Part shown: in pieces, positions 40,641 through 52,371 of the stretch
How the letters are laid out: every line of letters begins with the position of its first letter
How positions within the stretch are numbered: position 1 is the first letter of the stretch
Assembly: GCA_023954095.1 (NCBI GenBank)
Contig: JAMLIQ010000008.1
Span: 1,827 to 65,826, forward strand
Length of the DNA stretch: 64,000 bases
Source: Burkholderiaceae bacterium
Lineage (GTDB): Bacteria > Pseudomonadota > Gammaproteobacteria > Burkholderiales > Burkholderiaceae_C
Reading direction: 5' to 3'
The notes under the pieces: generated by a model
Told to the model about the DNA's origin: nothing
Database searches by the model: none
The model's input: the letters and a program-made list of their open reading frames with translations, nothing else
Made by a program: the position numbers and the translations under genes

Positions 40641-41990
40641 CTAGGCTGGAGCCGCAGGCAGGCGCAGCACAAATTCTGCCCCGCCCTCTGGGTGGTTATG
40701 GGCCGCCAGGGTGCCTCCATGGCGTTCCACAATGCCATAGCTGATGGACAGGCCCAGGCCCGTTCCCTTGCCCACGGGCTTGGTGGTAAAAAAGGGCTCG
40801 AAGATGCTGGACAAGTCTTCGGGAGAAATACCGGGCCCGTTGTCATGCAGCGAGATCACCACCGCGTCAGCCTCGTGATGGACGGCGATGCGCAGCACGG
40901 GCTGTACGCCTGGCCGCGCACTGGCAGCATCGCACGCGTTCTGGATCAGGTTCATCAACACCTGGAGCAACTGGCCGGCATTTCCCAGTACCCGGCAATC
41001 CGGGCAGCGCTGGAACTGCACATCAAAATCCAGCGCCAGCCCCTTCTTCACCCAGTGAATGGCACGCTCGATCACCGCGTCGATCGCGACAGACTCGCGC
41101 TCTTCCTGGTCCAGCGCAGAAAAGCGTTTGAGCCCATCGACAATACTGGCCGTGCGCTGCGCTCCTTCGATGGTGCCGTCCATCAGCGACGGCAAGTCGT
41201 TCAGGATGTGCTCGATGCGCAACTGCCGCGCCAGCGCGCGCAACTCGGGTGGCGCCTGGTCGCCCAGCGTGGCGTGCACCGCGTCCAGGTACTGGCGCAG
41301 GCGCTGGGTGTAGCGGTTGAGCGCATGCACGTTGCCCAGCACAAAGCTGATGGGGTTGTTGAGCTCGTGCGCCACCCCCGCCACCAGGCGGCCCAGCGAG
41401 GACATTTTTTCGGCATGCAGCAACTGCTGCTGTGTGCGCTTGAGGGCCTCGTGCGCCTCGTGCAGCTGGCGGTAGGCACGCTGGATCTCGGCGGTGGGGC
41501 GGCCCACGAACACATAGCCAATGCAGCGCCTGCGGCTGTCGTAACGCGGTGTGGCGGTGAAGTCCACCGGCACCGGCTGCCCGGCGGCATCGCTCAGCAT
41601 CAGCTCCACGCTGTGGCCCTGGCGCAGCGTGAGGGCGCGGTGCATCATGTCCTGCAGGGCCGCGCCGTCCTGGCTGGGGTGCAGCAGCGCCTGCATGGGC
41701 GCACCCAGCAGCGCATCCTCGCTGCGGCCCGCCAGCTCGCACAGGGCCTGGTTGGTCTGCTCGATCAGCCCCTGCGCATCGGCTGCCACCAGCACATCGG
41801 ACATGGACGACAGCAGGCCGTAGATGAACTGCTGCGAGGCTTCGAGCTGCGCGTTCTTCTGCTCCAGCGCCACTTCGTCGCGCAGCAGCTGCGAATACAC
41901 CTCGTCCATCTTGTGGATGACGTCCAGCCAGGTGTCGTCGTCCACCCCTTCGGGGTGGCTGGGTGCCTGGGGATGTGCGCGCTCGGTCAT
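40641..41990 (-). CDS. hoxJ: H2-sensing PAS histidine kinase HoxJ/HupT
   Basis: WLDVIHKMDEVYSQL N-terminus, PAS, AHELNNP, GKGTGLGL; follows hoxBC. Confidence 0.88.
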   Translation of the reverse strand: MTERAHPQAPSHPEGVDDDTWLDVIHKMDEVYSQLLRDEVALEQKNAQLEASQQFIYGLLSSMSDVLVAADAQGLIEQTNQALCELAGRSEDALLGAPMQALLHPSQDGAALQDMMHRALTLRQGHSVELMLSDAAGQPVPVDFTATPRYDSRRRCIGYVFVGRPTAEIQRAYRQLHEAHEALKRTQQQLLHAEKMSSLGRLVAGVAHELNNPISFVLGNVHALNRYTQRLRQYLDAVHATLGDQAPPELRALARQLRIEHILNDLPSLMDGTIEGAQRTASIVDGLKRFSALDQEERESVAIDAVIERAIHWVKKGLALDFDVQFQRCPDCRVLGNAGQLLQVLMNLIQNACDAASARPGVQPVLRIAVHHEADAVVISLHDNGPGISPEDLSSIFEPFFTTKPVGKGTGLGLSISYGIVERHGGTLAAHNHPEGGAEFVLRLPAAPA

Positions 41991-41994
41991 GGCA

Positions 41995-43446
41995 TCAATG
42001 AACGGTACACACCATACAGGGGTCGAAAGAGCGCACGATGTGCTGCACCGCCACCGGCGAAGTCTCGCCCGCCAGCACCGGGGCCCCCACCAGTGCGGCC
42101 TCCAGCGCGCCAGGCGTGCCAGCATGGTCGCGCGGCGAGAAATTCCAGCCGGTGGGCGCAACGATCTGGTAGCTGGCAATGCGCCCGCCGCGGATCGAGA
42201 GCCAATGCCCCAGGCTGCCACGCGCTGCCTCGCACAGGCCCACGGCATCGGCCGCTTCGGGCAGGTGCGCCTCCTCGCAGCAGGGAGCGCCGGGGACAAT
42301 GGCGCGCAGGCAGTCCTGCGCCAGCAGCACCAGCTGCGCCAGTTCCATGGCGCGCGCCAGCACGCGCGTGAACACATTGCCCCGGCTATGCTGCCACAGC
42401 GCGCGCAGCAGCGGCTGGCCCTGCGCCAGCTGGCGTGCCAGCGCGCCGGTCTCCAGCACCTGGCCGGCCAGGCGCGGGGCCTTGTTCCAGGTGTAGGCGC
42501 CGGGCTTGTCGGCGTCGGGTTCCGTCAGGCCCCGCGCGGGGTGCAGCGGCCCCGCGCCCTCGGCCAGCCAGGCGTAGCGGGCATCTTCGGTGATGTGCGC
42601 CAAGTCCACGGCGTGCAGTTGCTGCCCATCCCACACACCGGGCGCCATGGCGTGGCGGCCCTCGGGGTCGGCAAAGGCACCATAGCTGAGCGTGCGGTCC
42701 GGACCACGGCCCAGGGCCTGCAGATCCAGGTCGGCGGCGATGTGCAGGAACAGGCGCAGATCGCCTTGCTGCGGGTCGCGCTCCAGCCACTCGGTCAGGG
42801 CGGTTTCGCTGCCCCAGGTGGCGACCTCTTCAAGCGGCGCGCCATACAGCACGCGTTCCAGAAAACTGCGCAGCTCTGCCACACGCGCGCCCAGGCGCAG
42901 GCGCTCGGGCGCCGACAGGTTGCGCGTGCTGCCGCCGGGGGCGATGGAATGGGTGTGCGGCCACTTGCCGCCCAGCGTGCCCATGAGCTGCAGCCAACGC
43001 TGGCGCACGGCCAGGGCTTCGCGCGCGTGCTCCCCCGCCAGCGGCGCAAAGCGCTGCACGGCCTGGGCATGCCAGGCGCGGCCCGCATACACCTCGCGCG
43101 TGAAGTCGGGCATGAAGAACAGGTAGAAATGCGTGAGGTGGTCTGCCGCGTTCTCGCAGGCCAGCATCAGGTTGGTGAGCCACACGCCGTTGGGCGGCGC
43201 CTGCACGCCGCAGGCCGCCGCGAGCGCACGCGCCGCCGCCACCGACTGCGTGACCGAGCAGATGCCGCAGATGCGCGGCACCACCACCAGCGCGTCAAAC
43301 GGATGCTTGCCCTGCAGGATCTGCTCAAAGCCCCGGTACATGGGCGCATTCACCCAGGCCGCGCGTACACGGCCCGCGTCCACCTCCAGGCGCACCTCCA
43401 GGTCACCTTCCACGCGGTTGAACGGGCCTACCAATAGCCGCTTCAT
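41995..43446 (-). CDS. hoxC: Regulatory [NiFe]-hydrogenase large subunit HoxC/HupV (group 2b)
   Basis: GPFNRVEGDLEV, PRICGICSVTQ, ends DPCMVCTVH with no C-terminal extension. Confidence 0.93.
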   Translation of the reverse strand: MKRLLVGPFNRVEGDLEVRLEVDAGRVRAAWVNAPMYRGFEQILQGKHPFDALVVVPRICGICSVTQSVAAARALAAACGVQAPPNGVWLTNLMLACENAADHLTHFYLFFMPDFTREVYAGRAWHAQAVQRFAPLAGEHAREALAVRQRWLQLMGTLGGKWPHTHSIAPGGSTRNLSAPERLRLGARVAELRSFLERVLYGAPLEEVATWGSETALTEWLERDPQQGDLRLFLHIAADLDLQALGRGPDRTLSYGAFADPEGRHAMAPGVWDGQQLHAVDLAHITEDARYAWLAEGAGPLHPARGLTEPDADKPGAYTWNKAPRLAGQVLETGALARQLAQGQPLLRALWQHSRGNVFTRVLARAMELAQLVLLAQDCLRAIVPGAPCCEEAHLPEAADAVGLCEAARGSLGHWLSIRGGRIASYQIVAPTGWNFSPRDHAGTPGALEAALVGAPVLAGETSPVAVQHIVRSFDPCMVCTVH

Positions 43447-44451
43447 TTCAATCTTGTCTTTCGCACCATGGGCGCAACCACCACATGGTCCGCCGTGGCG
43501 TTGCGCTTGACACGCCCCGGCGTGGCCGACTTGGACAGCGAGGCCAGCGCCACGAACCAGGCCTTGTGCATGTCGGTGGGCAGACCGATGGGAATGCCCG
43601 CGACCTTGGGTGTCTGGTGGAACGGGTGGCCCGGCTCCTCGAAACCGGGCTCGGTGCAACTGATGCAGGCATAGCCGCCGCGTGCGCAGGAGCCTTCGCC
43701 GTTCCACAAGCGGATGTTGCAGTCCGCGTGCGCCTGCGTGCCCTTGCAGCCCATGTGCTCCATGAGGCAGCCCAGGTCCGAGGGCTTCTCGGCGCTGGCC
43801 TTGTATTCGTAGAACTCGTTGCGCGCGCAGCCATGGTGGGCCAGCTGGTCGCAGTAGGCGCGCGGCCGGCCCAGGCTGTCGAGCTGCTCGGCCCCAAAGG
43901 GCTGGGCGCCATCGGCCAACGCGGCCAGGGTTTCGAGCACCCAGCCGGGGTGGGTGGGGCAACCCGCCACGTTCACCACCGGCAAGCCCTGTGGATCGCG
44001 CCAGGTGGCGCCCAGCAGGCCGCCGCACTGGTCGCCCTCGTACTGCAGGCCGCAGGCGTCGGTGGGGTTGCTGCCGCCCGCGCTGATGCCGCCATAGGCC
44101 GCGCAACTGCCCACGGCCACCACATGGCGCGCCACGCCGCTGAGCCTGCGCACCCAGTCCATCATGGGCTGCTGCGTGCCCGCCAGCAGGTGAAAGCGCC
44201 CGGTGCCGCCCGGCCCGCGCAGCACGGCGCCTTCGATGCACAGTGCGTGCAAAGGGGTGCGGCCCTCCAGGCAGTCCTGGAACACCTGCAAGGCCCCCTG
44301 CCCGGTGGCCAGCGACAGCGAGGGGTGCCACAGCAAATGGATGCCCAGTTGGCGCAGTTGTGCGGCAAAGTCGCCCGTGTCGGCACACAGCAGCGACATG
44401 CTGCACCCGCCGCAGCCGCCCGATTGCAGCCACAGCACATTGAAAGTAGGT

Positions 44452-44459
<8 letters not shown>
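43443..44459 (-). CDS. hoxB: Regulatory hydrogenase small subunit HoxB/HupU
   Basis: WLQSGGCGGCSMS, GCPTHP, HHGCARNEFYEYK; no Tat leader. Confidence 0.92.
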
Positions 44460-45929
<1,470 letters not shown>

Positions 45930-45933
<4 letters not shown>

Positions 45934-47729
45934 GCGGCGTGGGGCACAGATGGGGACGCGGACAAGGGCGCGATGTCGCGGTGCGGGGCCAGGTGGCGCG
46001 GCGTCCAGGCGTGCGGCTTGCGGTACACAAAATGGTGCCGTGCCACGTGGTAGCTGGGGTCAAAACCGTAGAAATTGCGCTGCATGCGTTGCAACTCCTC
46101 TTCGCGGTAGCGTGCCAGGGGCTTGCGTGCCTCGTCCTCGGCACGGCGCCGGGTCTTGTCCTGCAGGCGCAGCGGCAAATCATACGCGGCGGCCAAGGCC
46201 AGCGCGCGCTCGCGCGCCTGCTCCACAAAGGCATGGCCACCAACGACAAAGCAGGCGTCGAGCAGGCCGCGCTGCACCGCGAGTGGCGCCACCAGTGGCA
46301 GGCGCTGCTGCATGACGGCGCGGCTGGCGACCTCGCCAATGCGCCGGGGCAGCGAATAAGTCCAGTACTCGCTGCCGTAGAGATTGCCCATGTTCTTGTA
46401 GTGCGGGTTGAGCACGACGCCTTCGTGCGCCCAGACCTCGTCGGCCGCCAGCGCCAGAAAGCAGCCGCCCGCCCCTGCATTGCCCTGCAGCGCGGCGACA
46501 GTGATACGGTCGGTGAGCGTGAGGATCTCCAGCGCCACGTCGTCGATGGCGTTGATGGCGCGCCACGAGGCATCGGCTGCGCTGTCGCCGTCGATGCGCT
46601 GCGCCGCCTCGATGTCGTGCAGGTGGATGCCGTTGGAAAAGAACTCCGCCCCCCCGGCCAGCACCAGCACCTGCGTAGCACGCGACCGCACCCAGCGCAG
46701 CGCGTCGCACAGGCGCTGGCACTGGCGCTCGGACATGGCGCCGTTGTGGAAGTCGAAGTCCAGCCAGCCCACGCGCGCGCCCTCGGGCCCGAACTCGTGG
46801 TAACGCAGTTCGTCCCATTCATCGGCGTCGCGTTCCAGCGGCGCCTCCCAGGCGGGCAGCGCGGTGGCCTGCGCGGCAAACACGCGCGTGGCGGCGAGCT
46901 TGAGCGCACTGGCCCCATCGGCGCGCGCGGCCTGGCCGTCGTCCGGCCGCACATGGCCGATCCACACCGCGCCATCGACCGTGCGGCGCAGCAGCGCCGG
47001 GCCGCGCCGCGCCACCAGCGCACCCGGCGCCGCCGCCGCGCAGCGCGCCACCACGGCACAGCTGGCGGCGTGGGCGTCGAACAGGCGGCAGGGCTGGCCC
47101 CAGAAGGCATCGAGCACGCCCGGAAAGCCATCGGCCGCCGCGATCTTGCGCAGCACCGTGGCGGTGTCGTCGTGCTGCCAGTCGATGCGGCGCTCGGACT
47201 GCGGCATCAGCGGCAGCCACTGCCCCGCCTCCTGCGCTTGCACGCCCCCGACCGCCGCAGGCCGCAGACTGCCCGGCACGAAGCGCTGCAACGCCCGCTT
47301 CACCGCCACCACGGCGGCCTGCGTGACTTCGCGCCGGTACACGCTGGACTTGCTGGCCCCAGCGCGCACGTCGAAAGGCTCCCAGGCCCAGACCTCGCCC
47401 GCGTCGTAGTCCTGCACGGCTTGCAGCACGGTCACGCCCCAGTGCGCGTCGCCGCGCATGAGCATCCAGTCCAGCGCGCTTGGCCCCCGATCGCCTGGCA
47501 CGCCGGGGTGCACCACCAGACACACGGTGCGCGACCAGACCGATGCCGGAATGCGCCGCTTGAGGAAGGGCGCGAGCACCAGATCGGGCCGGAACAGCGC
47601 CACGGCCTCCTCGGTCACGGAGTCGGCAATGTCCAGTTCCACCGACACCTCGTGCCCCTGCGCGCGCAGCAGGCCGAAGAGCCGCTGGCTCAGGCTGTTG
47701 AAACTGTGGGTGAGCAGCAGGATGCGCAT
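45930..47729 (-). CDS. hypX: Hydrogenase maturation factor HypX/HoxX (CO supply)
   Basis: MRILLLTHSFNSLSQR formyltransferase-like domain plus ECH domain (FHNGAMS, HYKNMGNLYGSEYWTY). Confidence 0.93.
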
Positions 47730-47736
47730 GACCGAT

Positions 47737-48804
47737 TCAGCAGATGCGCGGCAACTGCTCGCCGCTGAGCCAGTCCACCACGCGTCGGCCGCCAAAGCGC
47801 GTGTCCATCTGCACAAAGCCGTTGGCGTCCTCGATGACGGTGCCGATGCGCTGCGCCCCCTGGCCCAGCGGGTGCGCGCGCATGGCGGCCAGCAGGGGCT
47901 CGGCGGCCTCGGGCGCGCAAATGGCCACCAGCTTGCCCTCGTTGGCAACGTACAGCGGGTCCAGCCCCAGCAGTTCGCAGGCGGCGGCCACCTGGGGCAG
48001 CACGGGGATGTCGGCTTCGCGCAGCAGCATGCCTACCTGCGACTGGCGCGTGATTTCGTTGAGCGTGCTGGCCAGGCCGCCACGCGTGGGGTCGCGCAGC
48101 ACATGCAGCAGCGCGGGGTCGGGCAGCGCCTGCAGCATGGCCTGCACCAGGGTGTGCAGGGCGGCGCTGTCGGAGACGATGGCGGTCTCGAACTCCAGCG
48201 ACTCGCGCAGCGACATCACCGCCACGCCATGCTCGCCCAGCGTGCCCGAGACCAGCACCGCATCGCCCACGCGCGCCTGCCGCCCATCGATGGTCAGGCC
48301 CGGCGGTGCCACGCCAATGCCCGTGGTGCTGATGAACACGCCGTCGCCCTTGCCCTGCTCCACCACCTTGGTGTCGCCGGTCACGATGGGCACACCCGCC
48401 TCGCGCGCGGCCGCCGCCATGGATTCGACGATGCGGCGCAGATCGGCCAGTGCAAAGCCCTCCTCGATGATGAAGCTGGCCGTCAGGTAGAGCGGCATGG
48501 CGCCCGACATGGCCACGTCGTTGACCGTGCCGTGCACCGCCAGCGCGCCGATGTCGCCGCCGGGAAAGAACAGCGGCGAGATCACATGCCCGTCGGTCGC
48601 CACCACCAGGCGCCCGCCCGGCACTTCGAACGCGGCCTGGTCATTGCCCTGCTGCAGCCAGTCGTTGGCGAAGGCCTCGTAGAAAATCCCGGCGATCAGC
48701 TGCGCCATCGCCCGGCCTCCCGAACCGTGCGAGAGATCGACATGCCCACGCGCAATATCGAGTTGCCGGCGCGACGGCTTGACCTGGTGGAGCGGAACGG
48801 TCAC
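47737..48804 (-). CDS. hypE: Hydrogenase maturation protein HypE
   Basis: HGSGG, FFPGGDIG, GDTKVV, RDPTRGG, C-terminal LPRIC. Confidence 0.96.
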   Translation of the reverse strand: MTVPLHQVKPSRRQLDIARGHVDLSHGSGGRAMAQLIAGIFYEAFANDWLQQGNDQAAFEVPGGRLVVATDGHVISPLFFPGGDIGALAVHGTVNDVAMSGAMPLYLTASFIIEEGFALADLRRIVESMAAAAREAGVPIVTGDTKVVEQGKGDGVFISTTGIGVAPPGLTIDGRQARVGDAVLVSGTLGEHGVAVMSLRESLEFETAIVSDSAALHTLVQAMLQALPDPALLHVLRDPTRGGLASTLNEITRQSQVGMLLREADIPVLPQVAAACELLGLDPLYVANEGKLVAICAPEAAEPLLAAMRAHPLGQGAQRIGTVIEDANGFVQMDTRFGGRRVVDWLSGEQLPRIC

Positions 48805-50003
48805 GACGCCGCCCTCCGCGTTGCCTTCATTCCCTCCCCCGCCTGCGAGGGAGGGTTAGGGAGGGGGCTTTCGCGCACCACATGTTCGCGAAACCGGCCA
48901 AACGTCCAGTGCGCGGCGCAGGCACCCTCGGCCGACACCATGCACGAGCCGATCGGGGTTTCCGGCGTGCAGGCATTGCCGAACAGCCGACATTCCGCGG
49001 GTTTCTTCACGCCGCGCAAAATCGCGCCGCATTCGCAGGCGGGATTGTCGTGCGCGACGTCGATCTCGAGCGGGAAACGGCGCTCGGCATCGAATGACGC
49101 GAACACCTCGCGCAGCCGCAGCGCGCTCCACGGCACTTCACCGAGCCCGCGCCATTCGAACGCTTCGCGCCGCTCGAACACCGCGGCGACCTCGGCCTGC
49201 GCCTTGCGGTTGCCTGCTGAGGTGACGGCGCGGATGTACTGGTTCTCGATTTCGGCACGCCCCTCATTGATCTGCCGCACCAGCATCAGGATCGCCTGCA
49301 TGACATCGAGCGGCTCGAAACCGGCTATCACCACGGGCTTGCGGTATTGCTCGGCGCAGAACGCATAGGGCTCGGTGCCAATCACGGTCGAGACATGCGC
49401 CGGGCCGACAAAGCCATCGACGCGGATCGCATCGTCGGGCGCCGCTTGCGGATCGCCGAGAATGGCGGCCATCGCCGCCGGCGTCAGCACGTGATTGCAG
49501 AACACGCTGAAATTCGTCAGCCCCTTCTTTTCGGCCAGCCTGACGGCGAGCGCGGTCGGCGGCGTTGTCGTCTCGAACCCGATGGCAAAAAACACGACCT
49601 CGCGGTCCGGCTCACTTTCGGCAATGCGCAGGGCGTCGAGCGTCGAATAGACCATGCGGATATCGGCGCCCGCCGCCTTCGCCTTGAGCAGGCTCGCCCC
49701 GCGCGAAGCCGGCACCCGCATCAGATCGGCATAGGTGCACAGCGTCACCTGCGGCAAGGCCGCGAGCCGGATGGCGTGATCGATGCGCCCGATCGGCAGC
49801 ACGCAGACCGGACAGCCCGGCCCGTGCACGAAGTGGACGTTCGCCGGCATCAGGTCCTGCACGCCATAGCGGAAGATCGCGTGCGTATGGCCGCCGCAGA
49901 ACTCCATCAGGTTGTAGCGACGACCCCGGTCGACCTCGTTGTGGATCGCACGCGAAACCTTTTTGGCCAGGTCCTGGCGGCGGAACTCGTCGACGTACTT
50001 CAC
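48801..50003 (-). CDS. hypD: Hydrogenase maturation protein HypD
   Basis: MEFCGGHTH, GPGCPVC, GFETT, GPAHVS, GFEP, CMVSAEGAC. Confidence 0.96.
   Translation of the reverse strand: MKYVDEFRRQDLAKKVSRAIHNEVDRGRRYNLMEFCGGHTHAIFRYGVQDLMPANVHFVHGPGCPVCVLPIGRIDHAIRLAALPQVTLCTYADLMRVPASRGASLLKAKAAGADIRMVYSTLDALRIAESEPDREVVFFAIGFETTTPPTALAVRLAEKKGLTNFSVFCNHVLTPAAMAAILGDPQAAPDDAIRVDGFVGPAHVSTVIGTEPYAFCAEQYRKPVVIAGFEPLDVMQAILMLVRQINEGRAEIENQYIRAVTSAGNRKAQAEVAAVFERREAFEWRGLGEVPWSALRLREVFASFDAERRFPLEIDVAHDNPACECGAILRGVKKPAECRLFGNACTPETPIGSCMVSAEGACAAHWTFGRFREHVVRESPLPNPPSQAGEGMKATRRAAS
48831..48868. repeat. REP-like palindrome inside the hypD 3' end
   Basis: TCCCTCCCCCGCCTGCGAGGGAGGGTTAGGGAGGGGGC; hairpin CCCTCCC/GGGAGGG, translated as SPLPNPPSQAGEG. 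Confidence 0.55.
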
Positions 50004-50251
50004 GTCGCCCCACCGCCGGGTGCCGCGGCCAGTTCCTCGACCAGCTCGGCCTCGCCGAACAGCGCCAGGGTGCGCTCGGCCTCTTCGGGGCTGATCTTGT
50101 TCAGCGCATAGCCGACATGGATCAGCACGAAGTCACCGACGGACACGTCATCGACCAGCGCCAGCGAGATCCGCTTGCGCACCGGGCCGAGGGCGACCGT
50201 GCCGCTGTCACTTACGTCGTCGATCTCGACGACCTGGGCGGGGATGGCCAA
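50000..50251 (-). pseudogene. hypC: HypC domain lacking the N-terminal Met-Cys, fused in frame to HypF
   Basis: LAIPAQVVEI...VGDFVLIHVGYAL...EEAERTL; the usual MC is missing although a GAGGAG RBS remains at 50261-50266. Confidence 0.75.
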
Positions 50252-51406
50252 TGCGGCCGTCTCCTCTGAATCCATGGATTGCTGGGCCTGCGCCAGTTGC
50301 TGCGCGGCCACCCAGGCCTGGCCCAGCGCGAGCCCGGCGTCGCCGCAGGACAAGGCCTGCGCCGTATGCACCCGCAGGCCCTGCGCCTGCAAACCCGCCA
50401 CGCAACGCTCGGCCAGGATGCGGTTGAAGAAACAGCCCCCGCCCAGCACCACGCTGCGCACCCCGCGCTCGCTGGCCACCTGCGTGGCCCGCGCCACCAG
50501 GGCATCGGCCAGCGCGAGGTGGAACTGCGCGGCGGCGGCCTCGACCTGCGCCGGGCTGGGTGCGTGCCACTGCGCCCACGGCAGGCACAGCGGACGCAGA
50601 TCGATGCATCCAGCGGCATCCACCGGCGCCAGCGTCGGTTCGGTGCGCTGCGCCAGCATGCTGCCATGGGCCTGCAGGTGGCGCGCGGCCGCCTGCTCCA
50701 GTGCGATGGCGGCCTGGGCCTCCATGTCCTGGCGCACCGACAGGCCCAGCAGGCCCGCCACGGCATCGAACCAGCGCCCGGCCGCCGTGGTTTGCGGGCA
50801 GTTCAGCCCGCGTGCCAGCATGGCCTGCACAGTGCGTGCCGCCGTGTCGCCCACCACGGGCGCAAAGCGCGGCACGATCTGGTCGGCCTGGCCGCTGGCG
50901 TGCAGCAGGGCCGCCGCCATGCGCCAAGGCTCGCGCGCCGCCACATCGCCGCCGGGCAGCGCAAGCGGCGCCAGATGCCCCACGCGCTCACAGCGCGCGC
51001 CATGCACCCACAGCAGCTCGCCGCCCCAGGCCGTGCCGTCCCACCCCAGGCCCACGCCGTCGAGCGTGAGAGCGATGACGGGCTCCAGCACGCCGTGCTC
51101 GGCCAGCACCGCCGCCGCATGGGCATGGTGGTGCTGCACCGCCACGGCGGGCAGGCCACGCTCCCCCGCCAGGCGCAACGCCAGGCGGGTGCTGAAGAAG
51201 TCCGGGTGCAGGTCGTGCGCCACGGCGTCCAGCGGCGCGCCGGGGCACGCCAGCAGGTCCTGCACCGACTGCTCCAGCGCCGCGCACGCGGCGGGGTCGG
51301 ACAGGTCGCCATGCACGGCGGACCACCGCGGCGCCTGGGGTGCCTGCGTGTCAAACAAACAGGCGCTGTTTTTCAGGAAGGCCCCGCAGGCCAGGATGCG
51401 GGCCAT
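50000..51406 (-). CDS. hypF: Short HypF (Kae1-like domain only) read through into HypC
   Basis: GAFLKNSAC, AHDLHPD, QHHHAH, LDGVG.G.DG..WGGE, GRWFDA, GDAGLALGQ; no stop before the HypC domain. Confidence 0.88.
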   Translation of the reverse strand: MARILACGAFLKNSACLFDTQAPQAPRWSAVHGDLSDPAACAALEQSVQDLLACPGAPLDAVAHDLHPDFFSTRLALRLAGERGLPAVAVQHHHAHAAAVLAEHGVLEPVIALTLDGVGLGWDGTAWGGELLWVHGARCERVGHLAPLALPGGDVAAREPWRMAAALLHASGQADQIVPRFAPVVGDTAARTVQAMLARGLNCPQTTAAGRWFDAVAGLLGLSVRQDMEAQAAIALEQAAARHLQAHGSMLAQRTEPTLAPVDAAGCIDLRPLCLPWAQWHAPSPAQVEAAAAQFHLALADALVARATQVASERGVRSVVLGGGCFFNRILAERCVAGLQAQGLRVHTAQALSCGDAGLALGQAWVAAQQLAQAQQSMDSEETAALAIPAQVVEIDDVSDSGTVALGPVRKRISLALVDDVSVGDFVLIHVGYALNKISPEEAERTLALFGEAELVEELAAAPGGGAT

Positions 51407-51409
51407 GGC

Positions 51410-52357
51410 TCAGCCCTGCCCAGATTTGAGCCGCGCCAACTCGGCTTCGAGCTGCGCGATGCGTGTCTGCACGCTGGTGGGTTCGATGGCATCGGGATGC
51501 AGCAGCCAGTCGAGCCAGGCGTCCATGCCCTCGCCCATGGTGGCCGAGAGCTGCAGGATGCGGATGCCGGGGTTGACGCGGCGCGCGTAGTCCACGCAGC
51601 GCTGCACGTCGAAGCTCAGGTGCGGCAGCAGGTCGGTCTTGGTCAGCAGCATGAGCTGCGCGGCGGCGAACATGTCGGGGTACTTGAGCGGCTTGTCCTC
51701 GCCCTCGGTGACCGAGAGGATGACCACCTTGGCGTCTTCGCCCAGATCCCACAGCGCGGGGCAGACCAGGTTGCCCACGTTTTCGATGAACAGCAGCGAC
51801 TGCGGATGGTGGTGGTGCCCGTGCCCGTGGTCGTGGTCGTGGTGATGGTGCCCGTGTTCATGCGCATGGTCGTGCAGCGCCAGGCGGGCGAAGGCCTGCG
51901 CCACCATGGGGGCGTCCAGGTGGCAACCCTTGCCGGTGTTGACCTGGATGGCCGGCGCGCCGGTGGCGCGGATGCGGTCGGCATCGTGCGAGGTCTGCTG
52001 GTCGCCCTCGATCACGGCCAGCGGCAGCTCGGGGTGCTGCTGCTGCAAGGCACGTATGGTGGCGCACAGCAGTGTGGTCTTGCCCGAGCCGGGGCTGGAG
52101 ACCAGGTTGAACGCACGCACGCCGTGGCTGCGGAAATGAGCGCGGTTGTGCTGCGCCACCTGGTTGTTGGCGCCCAGCACATCCTGTTCGATGCGGATCG
52201 CGCGCGATTCGCTCAGGCCCGGCACCGAGACACGGGCCGCGCCAGCACCAAAGTGCAGGTCGCCGGTGCGCGCATCCACCACCGCACCGCCCGCTGCAGG
52301 CGTTGGATGGGCGGGCGCTGCCTCCCCCTTGCTGTTGCATCCACACACGACACACAT
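51410..52357 (-). CDS. hypB: Hydrogenase nickel incorporation GTPase HypB
   Basis: [26 protein letters not shown], His-rich tract, [17 protein letters not shown]. Confidence 0.96.
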   Translation of the reverse strand: MCVVCGCNSKGEAAPAHPTPAAGGAVVDARTGDLHFGAGAARVSVPGLSESRAIRIEQDVLGANNQVAQHNRAHFRSHGVRAFNLVSSPGSGKTTLLCATIRALQQQHPELPLAVIEGDQQTSHDADRIRATGAPAIQVNTGKGCHLDAPMVAQAFARLALHDHAHEHGHHHHDHDHGHGHHHHPQSLLFIENVGNLVCPALWDLGEDAKVVILSVTEGEDKPLKYPDMFAAAQLMLLTKTDLLPHLSFDVQRCVDYARRVNPGIRILQLSATMGEGMDAWLDWLLHPDAIEPTSVQTRIAQLEAELARLKSGQG

Positions 52358-52371
52358 AGGTTTTTTCCTTT

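Noticed and set aside
51805-51875. Repetitive GTG/ATG-rich tract
   Set aside because: Encodes the His-rich Ni-binding stretch of HypB; not a DNA repeat or array.
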